The position numbers and the translations under genes were made by a program. A stretch of 64,000 nucleotides of DNA from Sulfuricurvum sp. (GTDB lineage Bacteria; Campylobacterota; Campylobacteria; Campylobacterales; Sulfurimonadaceae), in assembly GCA_041669045.1 (NCBI GenBank), contig JBAYBZ010000001.1:68082-132081 (forward strand), in the 5' to 3' direction. Shown one piece after another: positions 38,083 through 47,454 of the stretch. Positions within the stretch are counted from its first letter, which is position 1, and each line of letters begins with the position of its first letter. The notes beneath the pieces were generated by a model. It did not search any database. It worked only from the letters and a program-made list of their open reading frames with translations, and was not told the DNA's origin.

Positions 38083-38595
38083 ATGAGAGAGTTAAGAGAT
38101 GAGGAGATAACGCTAGATGCGAGCAAATATCTTGAGAGCCAAACCGATACAAAAGGTGTTATAACATTTGTAAATGACTATTTTTGTGAGGTGAGCGGAT
38201 ATAGCACAGATGATCTAGTGGGCAAGCCTCACAATATCATTCGCCACCCAGATATGCCCCGCATAATCTTCAAACTTCTTTGGGATCGCATAAAAGCTGG
38301 CAACAACATTAATGTCTGCATAAAAAACCTTGCCAAAGATGGTAGATACTACTGGGTTTTTACCCATTTTGAGATACTTCGCGATCGCAACAGTGATGAG
38401 ATAGTGGGCTACAAAGCACACAGAAAAGATGTCTCTAAACATATAAAAGATGTGATTGAGCCGCTTTACAAAGAGCTAGTAGATCTAGAAAAAAGTGGTG
38501 GTATGGAAGCAAGTGGCAACTACCTCGATGAGTTTTTAGGATCTAAAAATGTAACCATCGACACCCTTATGGAAGAGATCTATCTATTCTACTAG
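38083..38595 (+). CDS. Stand-alone Aer-like (FAD-type) PAS protein, CetB/CetC-like
   Basis: GVITFVNDYFCEVSGYS..GKPHNIIRHPDMP signature; 170 aa with no output domain. Confidence 0.8.
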   Translation: MRELRDEEITLDASKYLESQTDTKGVITFVNDYFCEVSGYSTDDLVGKPHNIIRHPDMPRIIFKLLWDRIKAGNNINVCIKNLAKDGRYYWVFTHFEILRDRNSDEIVGYKAHRKDVSKHIKDVIEPLYKELVDLEKSGGMEASGNYLDEFLGSKNVTIDTLMEEIYLFY

Positions 38596-38617
38596 ATCAT
38601 AAGCTTAGCTTATGATC
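38595..38617 (+). terminator. Perfect hairpin GATCATAAGC-TTA-GCTTATGATC overlapping the stop codon (no clear U-tract)
   Basis: 10-bp perfect stem read directly. It sits at the end of the glnA-PAS unit, before the leuA promoter. Confidence 0.35.
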
Positions 38618-38652
38618 ATCTTCTACTATATATGGTATTCTAATCATATTTC

Positions 38653-38661
38653 TGCTATAAT
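38653..38661 (+). promoter_or_regulatory. Extended -10 box TGCTATAAT upstream of leuA
   Basis: Exact TGnTATAAT 54 nt upstream of ATG 38715. Confidence 0.4.
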
Positions 38662-38714
38662 TCCGCCTACAATAGGTAGGAGTGCCTATTAGTTTACAAA
38701 GATAAGGATTAGCT

Positions 38715-40373
38715 ATGAAGCATATTCCAGCGGGCAAGTATAAGCCCTACCCAAAGATAGATTTGCCAGATAGAAAGTGGCCAAACAACACGATCACAAA
38801 AGCACCAAAATGGTGCAGTGTCGATCTTCGTGATGGCAACCAAGCTCTTATAAACCCTATGAGCATTTCGCAAAAACTAGAACTCTACGCACTCCTACTC
38901 AAAATCGGCTTCAAAGAGATCGAAGTTGGTTTTCCATCAGCTTCTAAGACGGAGTTTGACTTTTTGCGTCACTTAGTGGATCACAACCTTATCCCTGATG
39001 ATGTAACTATTCAAGTTCTTGTGCAAGCTAGAGAGCACCTTATAGCAAAGACATTTGAAGCACTAGAGGGCGTCAAAAGAGCGACTGTGCATCTTTATAA
39101 CTCCACATCTGTGGCTCAAAGACGCATAGTCTTTAAAAAGAGCAAAGAGGAGATCGTTCAGATCGCACTTGATGGCGTAGATCTTGTAAAAAAGTATGAG
39201 AAGGATTTTGATGGCAAGATCTTTTTGGAGTACTCGCCAGAGAGTTTTACAGGCACGGAGCTTGAGTTTGCTGCTGAGATAGTAAACGCAGTAACGGCTA
39301 GATGGGGCATCGCAGATGATCGCAAAGTGATAGTAAACTTGCCATCAACTGTGGAGATGGCAACGCCAAATATCTACGCTGATCAGATCGAGTGGATGAG
39401 CAGACACCTAGATAACCGCCAAAATGTGATCCTCTCAACTCACACGCATAACGACCGAGGCACAAGCGTAGCTGCAACTGAGCTAGCCTTACTCGCTGGA
39501 GCTGATCGCGTCGAGGGAACACTGCTTGCCAATGGCGAGAGAACGGGCAATGTAGACATCATCACACTTGCACTCAACATGACAACACAAGGCATCGACT
39601 CTGGGCTTAACTTTAGCAACATAAATGAGGTCTTAGATGTGGTAGAGCGAGTTACACAGATAGATACGCACTGCCGTCACCCATATGTGGGAGAGCTTGT
39701 CTATACGGCATTTTCAGGCTCCCACCAAGATGCGATCAACAAAGGCTTAGCAGATCGCAAAGCTAACAAAGAGATCTTTTGGGAGGTGCCATACCTGCCC
39801 ATAGATCCAGAAGATGTGGGCAGAAGCTATGAGAGTATTATCCGCATAAATAGCCAGTCAGGCAAAGGTGGCGTAGCGTTTATACTAGATAAAAACTTTG
39901 GCTACTCACTCCCAAAAGCGATGCACCCAGAGGTGGGCAAGCTGATCCAAGATGCAAGCGATGCTAAGGGCGTGGAGCTAAGCGGTGATGAGATATACGA
40001 GATCTTTAAAAAAGAGTACTTTGAGCACAAAGAGCATATAACTCTAGTCGATTTTAGCCTCACTTCGCTAAAGGGTAGATCTAGATGCACGCTTACTTAT
40101 ACATATAATGGCAAAGAGATAGTAAGTGAGGGCGAGGGCAATGGTCCTGTTGATGCTTGCAAAGCTGCACTTATGAAAGAGTACAAAAATGAGTTCACCA
40201 TAAACTCCTACGCAGAGCACTCTAGGGGGCAAACGAGCGAGGCTCAAGCAGTGGCGTACATAGAGATAGAGACTAAAGATACTATGTCATGTTATGGCGT
40301 TGGCGAGGATAATGATATCGCATTAGCTTCTATTAAAGCACTCTTTTGTGCAGTAAATAGAGCTTTTTTGTAA
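38715..40373 (+). CDS. leuA: 2-isopropylmalate synthase (long form)
   Basis: WCSVDLRDGNQ, HTHNDRGT and a C-terminal LeuA dimerisation/regulatory domain. Confidence 0.9.
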   Translation: MKHIPAGKYKPYPKIDLPDRKWPNNTITKAPKWCSVDLRDGNQALINPMSISQKLELYALLLKIGFKEIEVGFPSASKTEFDFLRHLVDHNLIPDDVTIQVLVQAREHLIAKTFEALEGVKRATVHLYNSTSVAQRRIVFKKSKEEIVQIALDGVDLVKKYEKDFDGKIFLEYSPESFTGTELEFAAEIVNAVTARWGIADDRKVIVNLPSTVEMATPNIYADQIEWMSRHLDNRQNVILSTHTHNDRGTSVAATELALLAGADRVEGTLLANGERTGNVDIITLALNMTTQGIDSGLNFSNINEVLDVVERVTQIDTHCRHPYVGELVYTAFSGSHQDAINKGLADRKANKEIFWEVPYLPIDPEDVGRSYESIIRINSQSGKGGVAFILDKNFGYSLPKAMHPEVGKLIQDASDAKGVELSGDEIYEIFKKEYFEHKEHITLVDFSLTSLKGRSRCTLTYTYNGKEIVSEGEGNGPVDACKAALMKEYKNEFTINSYAEHSRGQTSEAQAVAYIEIETKDTMSCYGVGEDNDIALASIKALFCAVNRAFL

Positions 40374-40409
40374 AATTATGTTAAAATTTGTAGATCTAAA
40401 GGAGATGAT

Positions 40410-40835
40410 ATGTTAAAAAAAATAGTCATGGCTACTCTTTTGACTCTAAGTTCAACTGCGATGGCACAGGAGTTTAACCTAAAAGAAAATATGCTTCAGC
40501 TAAATGCTGAGATGCTAGATGTGAGAAATGGTTTTATGATCAGTGATCCCGATCTTGTCAAAGTCTCGATACTTAAGTTTCAAAGGCATGTCTTAGATCT
40601 ACTAGGCGATAAAAAAACTTTTGAGCAGATGCTTCCAAAAGCTCAAAAGCATAAAGCTGGAGAGGCGATTATGAGTGCAAATATCATCAACTACAATGTT
40701 GAGATCATACTCGATACCATCTCAAATAAGAAAAATCAGTCTGGTCTAACTAGACGAGAGGTTTCACAAAGAGCTTACTCCTACATAGAGCAAGCCTGCT
40801 TTAGATGTCACAACCTAGTGCGAGATAAGTACTAA
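40410..40835 (+). CDS. Periplasmic class II (cytochrome c'-like) c-type cytochrome candidate
   Basis: Signal peptide, predicted helical 141-aa protein with a single CFRCH haem motif close to the C-terminus. Confidence 0.45.
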   Translation: MLKKIVMATLLTLSSTAMAQEFNLKENMLQLNAEMLDVRNGFMISDPDLVKVSILKFQRHVLDLLGDKKTFEQMLPKAQKHKAGEAIMSANIINYNVEIILDTISNKKNQSGLTRREVSQRAYSYIEQACFRCHNLVRDKY

Positions 40836-42817
40836 AATATCATACCATCATCATCTACACTTGAGCTTTCCTCTATACGAGGGGGCTTTGAGATGTTGCT
40901 AAAAAACTCCCTCTTACCATTTACCACAGCTTGAGAGATCCCATCTGGTTTTATAAACTTTCTAGGTGTTTGCGGGTAGATCTCTAAGATCCTCGCATAG
41001 TAGTTAGCAAACGCTGGACCTGAGACTCGCCCACCCGTCTCTAGGGCATTCATTGGGGTGTTATCATCATTGCCAAACCACACAACTGTCTCTATGGTAG
41101 GTGAGTAGCCTATAAACCACCCATCTATGTTGTTGTTGGTAGTTCCTGTCTTGCCTGCTATCTCTATACCCCTCACCGCTGCTGATCTTCCTGTTCCACG
41201 ACTCACCACATCTTGAAGTATAGAGGTCATCAAGTAGGCTTGTTGCGGAGATGTAACCTCTCTTTTTTCTGGTTGTGCCTCATAGATCACGCTAGAGTTT
41301 TTCTCTATCTTTTTAACTAGCACTGGCTCTACTTGTACCCCACCATTGGCAAACGATGAGAAGCTACGAGCTAGCTTTAGAGGCGAAGTAGAGATAGTTC
41401 CAAGCGAGAGCGAGAGGTTTTGAGGTATGTCACTAAAAGCAAACCGCTTTAGCTCTTTTGTAAGAGTAGTTAGCCCGATATCTTCGACAAGATTTATAGT
41501 CGCTAAGTTCCTAGAGTGCACAAGCGAATCCCTTAGGCTCACCATTCCCTCGAAGTTTTTCTCGTAGTTTTTTGGTTGCCACTTCTTTTTTTCACCACCC
41601 GTGCTATAACTATATGTTCGCGAGATATCTGCTAGCAGGCTAGCTCCAGAGTAGCCCATATCGAGTGCTACTTGATAGATAAATGGCTTAAATGCAGATC
41701 CAAGCAGACGGCTACCTTGCGAGGCACGGTTGAATGCACTCTTTTTATAGTCCACACTTCCCACAAGAGCTAAGATCTCACCACTACTATGATCTAGACT
41801 AACCATCGCTCCATTTAGCACCTCAGCTCGTTCTGCAATTCGCTTTTTGCCCGCACTACTAGCCCTTGAGCTCATCTCCTCTCCACGCCCTAGAGCTAGC
41901 TCATACGCCTCTGCTAGCGAGAGTTCAGCAGCTCGTTGTAGTTGCATATCTATGGTTGTATATATCTCATAGCCGCCACCTCGAAGATCTCCTATACCAT
42001 ATAAATGCTCGCTTCTAAAGATCTCATCAACTACAAAAGGCGAGAGATTTTGCGTCAGCGTCTCATCATAAACCGTTGGTTCCTCTTGCAGAGCCTCTTT
42101 GTAGCTATCCTCATCGATCCACCCAAGCTCATACATTCTAGCCACAACACGGTTTGCTCGCCCTAAGCTTATCTGGTAGTTTTTTGTCGGAGCATAGGTT
42201 GATGGAGCCTTTGGAAGCCCCACAAGCATCGCGGACTCTTTTAGACTTAGATCTCCTAGTGGCTTTTTAAAATACCCTAGTGCCGCGGTTTTGATCCCGT
42301 AGTAACCATGCCCATAGTAGATCTCATTGAGGTAGCGTTCAACTATCTGCTCTTTGGTTAGCTGTCTCTCAAGCTTTAGCGAGTAGATCACCTCTTTGAT
42401 CTTTCTTGAGATCTTCTTCTCGCGAGTGAGGAGAGTATTTTTGACAAGCTGTTGCGTGATGGTACTAGCACCTTCTGCGAGTTTTAGTGACTGAATATCT
42501 TTGATGATGGCTCTAAGGATCGCGTCTATATTTATCCCTGGGTGCTCAAAAAATGTGGTATCTTCTATGGCAAGCAGTGCCTCGATCACGCGAGGTGGGA
42601 TCTCATTTATACTCGCATACAAGCGGTGTTCGCCATCAAAAATATTTGCGATCCGCTCGCCATGGCGATCATATATGCGGGTTGTGAGCTTTGGTTTATA
42701 CTCGATGATGTTTGATAGCTCATAATCCTCTTGCGTATAGTAGTAACCAAAAATAGCCACTGGCGTAGCCAATATAGCAACAAATATAAGGCCAAAAAAT
42801 ATCTTTAAAAATCTCAC
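40832..42817 (-). CDS. mrcA: Penicillin-binding protein 1A (bifunctional transglycosylase/transpeptidase)
   Basis: EDTTFFEHPG, GASTITQQ, SAFKPF (SxxK), SRN and KTGT motifs. Confidence 0.9.
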   Translation of the reverse strand: MRFLKIFFGLIFVAILATPVAIFGYYYTQEDYELSNIIEYKPKLTTRIYDRHGERIANIFDGEHRLYASINEIPPRVIEALLAIEDTTFFEHPGINIDAILRAIIKDIQSLKLAEGASTITQQLVKNTLLTREKKISRKIKEVIYSLKLERQLTKEQIVERYLNEIYYGHGYYGIKTAALGYFKKPLGDLSLKESAMLVGLPKAPSTYAPTKNYQISLGRANRVVARMYELGWIDEDSYKEALQEEPTVYDETLTQNLSPFVVDEIFRSEHLYGIGDLRGGGYEIYTTIDMQLQRAAELSLAEAYELALGRGEEMSSRASSAGKKRIAERAEVLNGAMVSLDHSSGEILALVGSVDYKKSAFNRASQGSRLLGSAFKPFIYQVALDMGYSGASLLADISRTYSYSTGGEKKKWQPKNYEKNFEGMVSLRDSLVHSRNLATINLVEDIGLTTLTKELKRFAFSDIPQNLSLSLGTISTSPLKLARSFSSFANGGVQVEPVLVKKIEKNSSVIYEAQPEKREVTSPQQAYLMTSILQDVVSRGTGRSAAVRGIEIAGKTGTTNNNIDGWFIGYSPTIETVVWFGNDDNTPMNALETGGRVSGPAFANYYARILEIYPQTPRKFIKPDGISQAVVNGKREFFSNISKPPRIEESSSVDDDGMIF

Positions 42818-43500
42818 TCTCTAAAACCTCTAGTTGCAAAATTTGACTCGATAAGTAGCTTAGTGTAAGCCTCCTTTGGGCTAGAAGCCACCTCTTTTAA
42901 CCTGCCTCGCTCCACTATCACTCCGCCCTTTAGCACACAAACATCTTCACACACACTCATAGCAGAGTCAAGATCATGTGAGACAAAAATCATCTTAAAA
43001 CCCACCCTATCTCTAAGCCTAGTTAGCAGATCTAGTACAACTCTTTTTGAGTCTGGATCTAGTGCTGTTGTAGGCTCATCTAGTAGCATTAGCATAGGAT
43101 CTATACTTAGTGCCATAGCGATCACAACTCGTTGCAGTTGCCCACCAGAAAGCTCACTAGGATAGCGATCTGCCAAGCTTGCATCAAGATCTACAAGAGC
43201 AAAAAGCTCCTCTAAGCGTGAGCTAAAAAACTGATCTCTTATCTTTGTAAGTGGTGAGAGAGCATTAAATGGGTTTTGTGGCACAAAGGCGACACTCTTA
43301 CCACGCAAAAGCTCAAACTCACTCCTAAGTCTTAGATCACTCACAAGAGTAGATGGCAACATTCCAAGCAGAGCCTTTAGTGTAAGGCTCTTGCCACTTC
43401 CACTCTGCCCCACAAGTGCAAGCGAATCACCCACGCTAAATGAGAGATCTAACAAGATCTTATCGGCTTTTTTGACTATAAGTGACTCTACAACCATCAC
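42814..43500 (-). CDS. ABC transporter ATP-binding protein (DppD/OppD-like), no adjacent permease
   Basis: Walker A GQSGSGKS, signature LSGGQLQRV, Walker B LLLDEPT. Confidence 0.8.
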   Translation of the reverse strand: MMVVESLIVKKADKILLDLSFSVGDSLALVGQSGSGKSLTLKALLGMLPSTLVSDLRLRSEFELLRGKSVAFVPQNPFNALSPLTKIRDQFFSSRLEELFALVDLDASLADRYPSELSGGQLQRVVIAMALSIDPMLMLLDEPTTALDPDSKRVVLDLLTRLRDRVGFKMIFVSHDLDSAMSVCEDVCVLKGGVIVERGRLKEVASSPKEAYTKLLIESNFATRGFRE

Positions 43501-44591
43501 AACATTTTAGCCAATTTTTGGCACAACTCTCTTAACTCATCTTCGCTGTGCCCTAGCCTTGCGATGAGGCGGATAATAGCACGAGGAACTGTTGGCTCTC
43601 TTATAGCACCGATGGCATAGCCACTTCGTGCTAGCTCCTCTTTGATGGCAAGTACTCTGCGGTTATCTCCCACGACTATGGGGACTATAAGTCCATCAGC
43701 ACTGATGCCTAGCTCCTCTTTTATGACTCTTTGGTTGAGAGCTATCTCTCTTCTTAGATCATCTCTCTTAGCCAAGATATACTCTAGCGAGCAGTGAGCG
43801 AGGATAGTATCATAAAGCGAGAGCGAAGTGGCATAGATGATCGCTTTTGCTCTGTTGATGAGATACTCTATGATGTGGTTTGAAGCTAGTATATAAGCTC
43901 CAAAGCTCCCATACGCCTTGCCAAGTGTGCCCATTTTTATGTGGTTTAGCTCTACTTTGATGCCGTAGTGATCATACACTCCCATAAGTTTTGAGCCAAC
44001 CACTCCGCTACTATGAGCCTCATCGACTATCATTATGGCGTCATACTTTTTGCAAAGCTCAAAGAACTCTCTTTTTAGCATATCACCGTCCATAGAGTAG
44101 ATCCCCTCTACTGCGACTATGCGTCTTTTGGCGGTGGAGTTTTTGAGCAGATCTTCTAGTGCATCTGGGTCGTTGTGAGCAAAAAAGGTGCACTTTATGC
44201 CACTAAGTCTACTTGCAAGCACACCAGAAGCGTGGTATGCCTCGTCCATAAATAGCTCATCGCTCTTTCTCACAAGTGCCTCAATGAGTGCTATGTTAGC
44301 ATTAAACCCACTTCCAAGCATCACTCCATCTTCAAACCCATTTGCCCTACAAAGGGAGTGCTCAAACTCCCTATGCACACTGTGGTAACCACCAACTAGC
44401 ATCGATGCTTTTGGGCTTTTGTCTCTAAGAGTCTCTAGCTTTGAGCAAGCACTTTGGTGCAGATCAGATCTACTAGCAAGTCCGAGGTAGTCATTTGATG
44501 CGAAATCTCTTAAGCTAAGATCTACTACCTCTCTGCTTCTAAGTCTGCCAGATCGCCTAAGGGCATCAAGCTCACCCTCATAGTAGTTCAT
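43497..44591 (-). CDS. bioF: 8-amino-7-oxononanoate synthase-like PLP enzyme
   Basis: Alpha-oxoamine synthase pattern (SNDYLGL, VDEAHS, GTLGKAYG). Confidence 0.8.
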   Translation of the reverse strand: MNYYEGELDALRRSGRLRSREVVDLSLRDFASNDYLGLASRSDLHQSACSKLETLRDKSPKASMLVGGYHSVHREFEHSLCRANGFEDGVMLGSGFNANIALIEALVRKSDELFMDEAYHASGVLASRLSGIKCTFFAHNDPDALEDLLKNSTAKRRIVAVEGIYSMDGDMLKREFFELCKKYDAIMIVDEAHSSGVVGSKLMGVYDHYGIKVELNHIKMGTLGKAYGSFGAYILASNHIIEYLINRAKAIIYATSLSLYDTILAHCSLEYILAKRDDLRREIALNQRVIKEELGISADGLIVPIVVGDNRRVLAIKEELARSGYAIGAIREPTVPRAIIRLIARLGHSEDELRELCQKLAKML

Positions 44592-46357
44592 CTAACCATA
44601 ACCCTATTTCTACCACCATTTTTCGCCTCATACAACGCCTCATCAGCTCGCTTAAAGAGTAGCTCCAAATCCTCACCCTTTTTGTACTCTGCCACACCAA
44701 AACTCATAGTTATAGTGATCTCATTTTGATGCTCACCTACGATGATGCGAAGCTTATCGGCTAGCTTATACGCTCCCGCTTTGGTGGTGTGTGGTAGTAT
44801 CAGAGCAAACTCCTCACCACCTATACGACAAAAGATGTCGCTATCTCTTAGATGGATCCCTACAAGCCTTGAGTACTCTATAAGCACACGATCACCCATA
44901 TCGTGCCCGTAGACATCGTTGATCTTTTTGAAGTGATCTATATCAAAGATCACAAGCGAGAGTGGGTAGAAGTAGCGATTTGCCTTAGATGCCTCTTTTT
45001 TAAGTTGCAGGTTGTAGAAGTAGCGATTTTTGATCTTTGTTAGAGTATCGGTGATATTGGTAGTCTCTAGCTCTTTTTTGTAAAGCTCCTCTTTTGTTAT
45101 GTCCCTAAAGATCACACTAAAGATCTGCTTACTCTCATCTATAAGCGAAACGCTAACACTAAAGTAAAATGCACTCTCGTTGTAGATCATCTTCACTTTG
45201 TTTTGTGTTGGGTTTTTGTAGATATAGTCGATCCAGCAAAAGTGCTCACTACTCTTACTCACATAACCCTCTTCACTTGTGAAAAACTCTGAGAGAGTTT
45301 TATGCTCTCTTTTAAACTCTTCAAGCGAGCCAAAGTCACTAAAGTAGTTAAAAAATGTACTATTTACCTCCAAGATCTCATCTTTTGAAGCTACTATTAT
45401 GAGATTTGGGCTTAGATCTACTATCTTTTTGTAGGTGCTACTTGACTCAAACTTGCGGTTGTAATAGTAAAAAACAAAGAGCACAAGAAGCACCAAAACT
45501 ACGCTAAGATAGATGAGTGATCTCTTTAGTAGTTCGATCTGTGCACTTTTTGTTGTTATATTTTTGAGCTTTTTTGACATCACAAAATGACCAATAACGC
45601 CACCTTTTATATCCCTTAGCTCCTCGTGCGTTATGAGATTATCTCTTACTATCTTGTATGATGTATCAAGCAGATGCTCAACTCCCTCATAGCGAAGCAA
45701 CTCCGTTAGCGTCACAGGTGCATCGAAGTTTGCGACATAGCGATCATCTATATAGAGGTCATTAAATGGCTCTTCGATCTCTTCGCTTTGGCTTCTACTA
45801 AGTAGCACCGCAGATGAGATCTCCTGCTTAGCTAGATCTAGCGAGATTGAGTTAAAGTGTGTAAAAAGCTCAAGTACACCAATGGACGCTCCATTCCTTA
45901 GTATAGGTACTGTTGCTCTAACTCCAAATGTATATCTATTTGAGCCAACAGATGTGAGATTTTTGTTGCCCTCTAGGCTCTTTTGTAGTTGCAACTCAAG
46001 ATTTGTAGGGATCTTAGAGTCCCTGCACTTTGTCCAGCTTCTATAATGAGGCTTGAGATCTCTATCGAAGATGGCTATCCAGATATTTTTATACTGCGTG
46101 CTTTGTGCTACTCTAGCTATAAAATCTTTGTAGTACTCTGGCGTAATGTTGTTTGAGGCTAGATCTTCGATGAGTTGGCGATCTTTAGATAGTGCAATAG
46201 CGAGTGCAAGTGAGGCTTTTTGCTTCTGTTTTATGAGCGAATCGACCTGTTTTTGGAGGCTTAGTGCCTCATGAGCATAGCTCTGCTCTACAAAAAACTC
46301 TCTAGTATCTCCAAGCTGATATATAAAAACAGCACTCGCAAATATAAAAATAGCCAA
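44588..46357 (-). CDS. Sensor diguanylate cyclase (periplasmic sensor - TM - PAS-like - GGDEF)
   Basis: GGEEF active site with an RDSD I-site 5 residues upstream. One N-terminal TM and one around residue 280. Confidence 0.85.
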   Translation of the reverse strand: MAIFIFASAVFIYQLGDTREFFVEQSYAHEALSLQKQVDSLIKQKQKASLALAIALSKDRQLIEDLASNNITPEYYKDFIARVAQSTQYKNIWIAIFDRDLKPHYRSWTKCRDSKIPTNLELQLQKSLEGNKNLTSVGSNRYTFGVRATVPILRNGASIGVLELFTHFNSISLDLAKQEISSAVLLSRSQSEEIEEPFNDLYIDDRYVANFDAPVTLTELLRYEGVEHLLDTSYKIVRDNLITHEELRDIKGGVIGHFVMSKKLKNITTKSAQIELLKRSLIYLSVVLVLLVLFVFYYYNRKFESSSTYKKIVDLSPNLIIVASKDEILEVNSTFFNYFSDFGSLEEFKREHKTLSEFFTSEEGYVSKSSEHFCWIDYIYKNPTQNKVKMIYNESAFYFSVSVSLIDESKQIFSVIFRDITKEELYKKELETTNITDTLTKIKNRYFYNLQLKKEASKANRYFYPLSLVIFDIDHFKKINDVYGHDMGDRVLIEYSRLVGIHLRDSDIFCRIGGEEFALILPHTTKAGAYKLADKLRIIVGEHQNEITITMSFGVAEYKKGEDLELLFKRADEALYEAKNGGRNRVMVR

Positions 46358-46429
46358 AATAGTGATGATTGGAAACTTGTTTAGCTTAAAAATTGTAAAC
46401 CCTCCAATATTTTCAAAAACAGCTAAATT

Positions 46430-46975
46430 TTAGCACATTTTTTGTAACACTTCTACACTTAGACCCATAGCGGTACTCTCATACCCTTTTTGGTGTTTTA
46501 TAAATCTTTTGCACCACCCCTCTACCATACAAGCACCCGCCTTGCCTTGCCACTGCATCGAGCTTAAGTACTCATCTAGCAAAACCTCATCAAAAAAGTC
46601 AAACTTATAGTGCGTAGCACTTAGATCTATGAGTTTGCAACTCTTTTTATGGTAGATCATACATGTGATGATAGCAATTTCTGATCCACTAAGCATTTTT
46701 AGTATACTTTTTGCATCTTCTTTATCTCGTGGTTTTCTAAGGATCATCTCACCTTTTGCTACAACCGTATCGGCTACCAAAAGTGGCATATCCTCTATGC
46801 CATAAGCTCTATATGCTGCTTCATATTTGCCAAGAGTTGCTCTATAAACAAACTCTCTAGCCGAGTTAGCTCTTATGCTCTCCTCATCAAAATGAGCACT
46901 TTGTTGCACAAACTCTATACCAGCATCACGAAGCAGTTTGGCTCTAGTTTGCGAGCTTGAAGCGAGGCGAATCAT
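46430..46975 (-). CDS. maf: Maf-like nucleoside triphosphate pyrophosphatase
   Basis: MIRLASSSQTRAKLL N-terminus and ADTVV motif. Confidence 0.8.
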   Translation of the reverse strand: MIRLASSSQTRAKLLRDAGIEFVQQSAHFDEESIRANSAREFVYRATLGKYEAAYRAYGIEDMPLLVADTVVAKGEMILRKPRDKEDAKSILKMLSGSEIAIITCMIYHKKSCKLIDLSATHYKFDFFDEVLLDEYLSSMQWQGKAGACMVEGWCKRFIKHQKGYESTAMGLSVEVLQKMC

Positions 46976-47454
46976 AGGCTTGTTGAGAAGATGCTTCCAA
47001 GAAGTATCGCCACCACTCCAAGAGTGATATTTAATGGTACCATAAACTTACCTATTGGCTCTAAGTAGCCTTTAGCAACAGCAACCTCACCTGCTTGAAG
47101 TGCCTCAAATGCACTATTTCGTCGCTTTATCATCAGTAGCAAGTTTAGTAGCATAACCACCCAGATCCCCTCTTTTGCAAAGGCGAGCAGGTTTAGATCT
47201 ATCTTATGAAGCGAGTAGCCCTTGATCATAAAAAAAGCCGTTACAAAAAGTAACACTACAAATGGCAAAACTATGCTAAAGAGTCGCTTGAGTGCATAAG
47301 CGATATGCTCTAGCCTCTGCTTTGGATCAGCTATGAGCATAAACGACTGATGAGCTGCATAACGCATAGCGATCATTCCGCCAACCCAAACCACGCCACT
47401 TATAACATGTAGAAATATTATAAGTGATCTATTTTGTGCAAATATCTCTTCCAT
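46972..47454 (-). CDS. Integral membrane protein, family not recognised
   Basis: About four TM helices. The start overlaps the alaS stop (TAATG). Confidence 0.5.
   Translation of the reverse strand: MEEIFAQNRSLIIFLHVISGVVWVGGMIAMRYAAHQSFMLIADPKQRLEHIAYALKRLFSIVLPFVVLLFVTAFFMIKGYSLHKIDLNLLAFAKEGIWVVMLLNLLLMIKRRNSAFEALQAGEVAVAKGYLEPIGKFMVPLNITLGVVAILLGSIFSTSL

Noticed and set aside
38664-38690. Two mutually exclusive small hairpins (CCTAC/GTAGG and AATAGG/CCTATT) considered as a leuA attenuator
   Set aside because: The stems are only 5-6 bp and there is no leader peptide. The first stem probably lies upstream of, or at, the transcription start implied by the -10 box.
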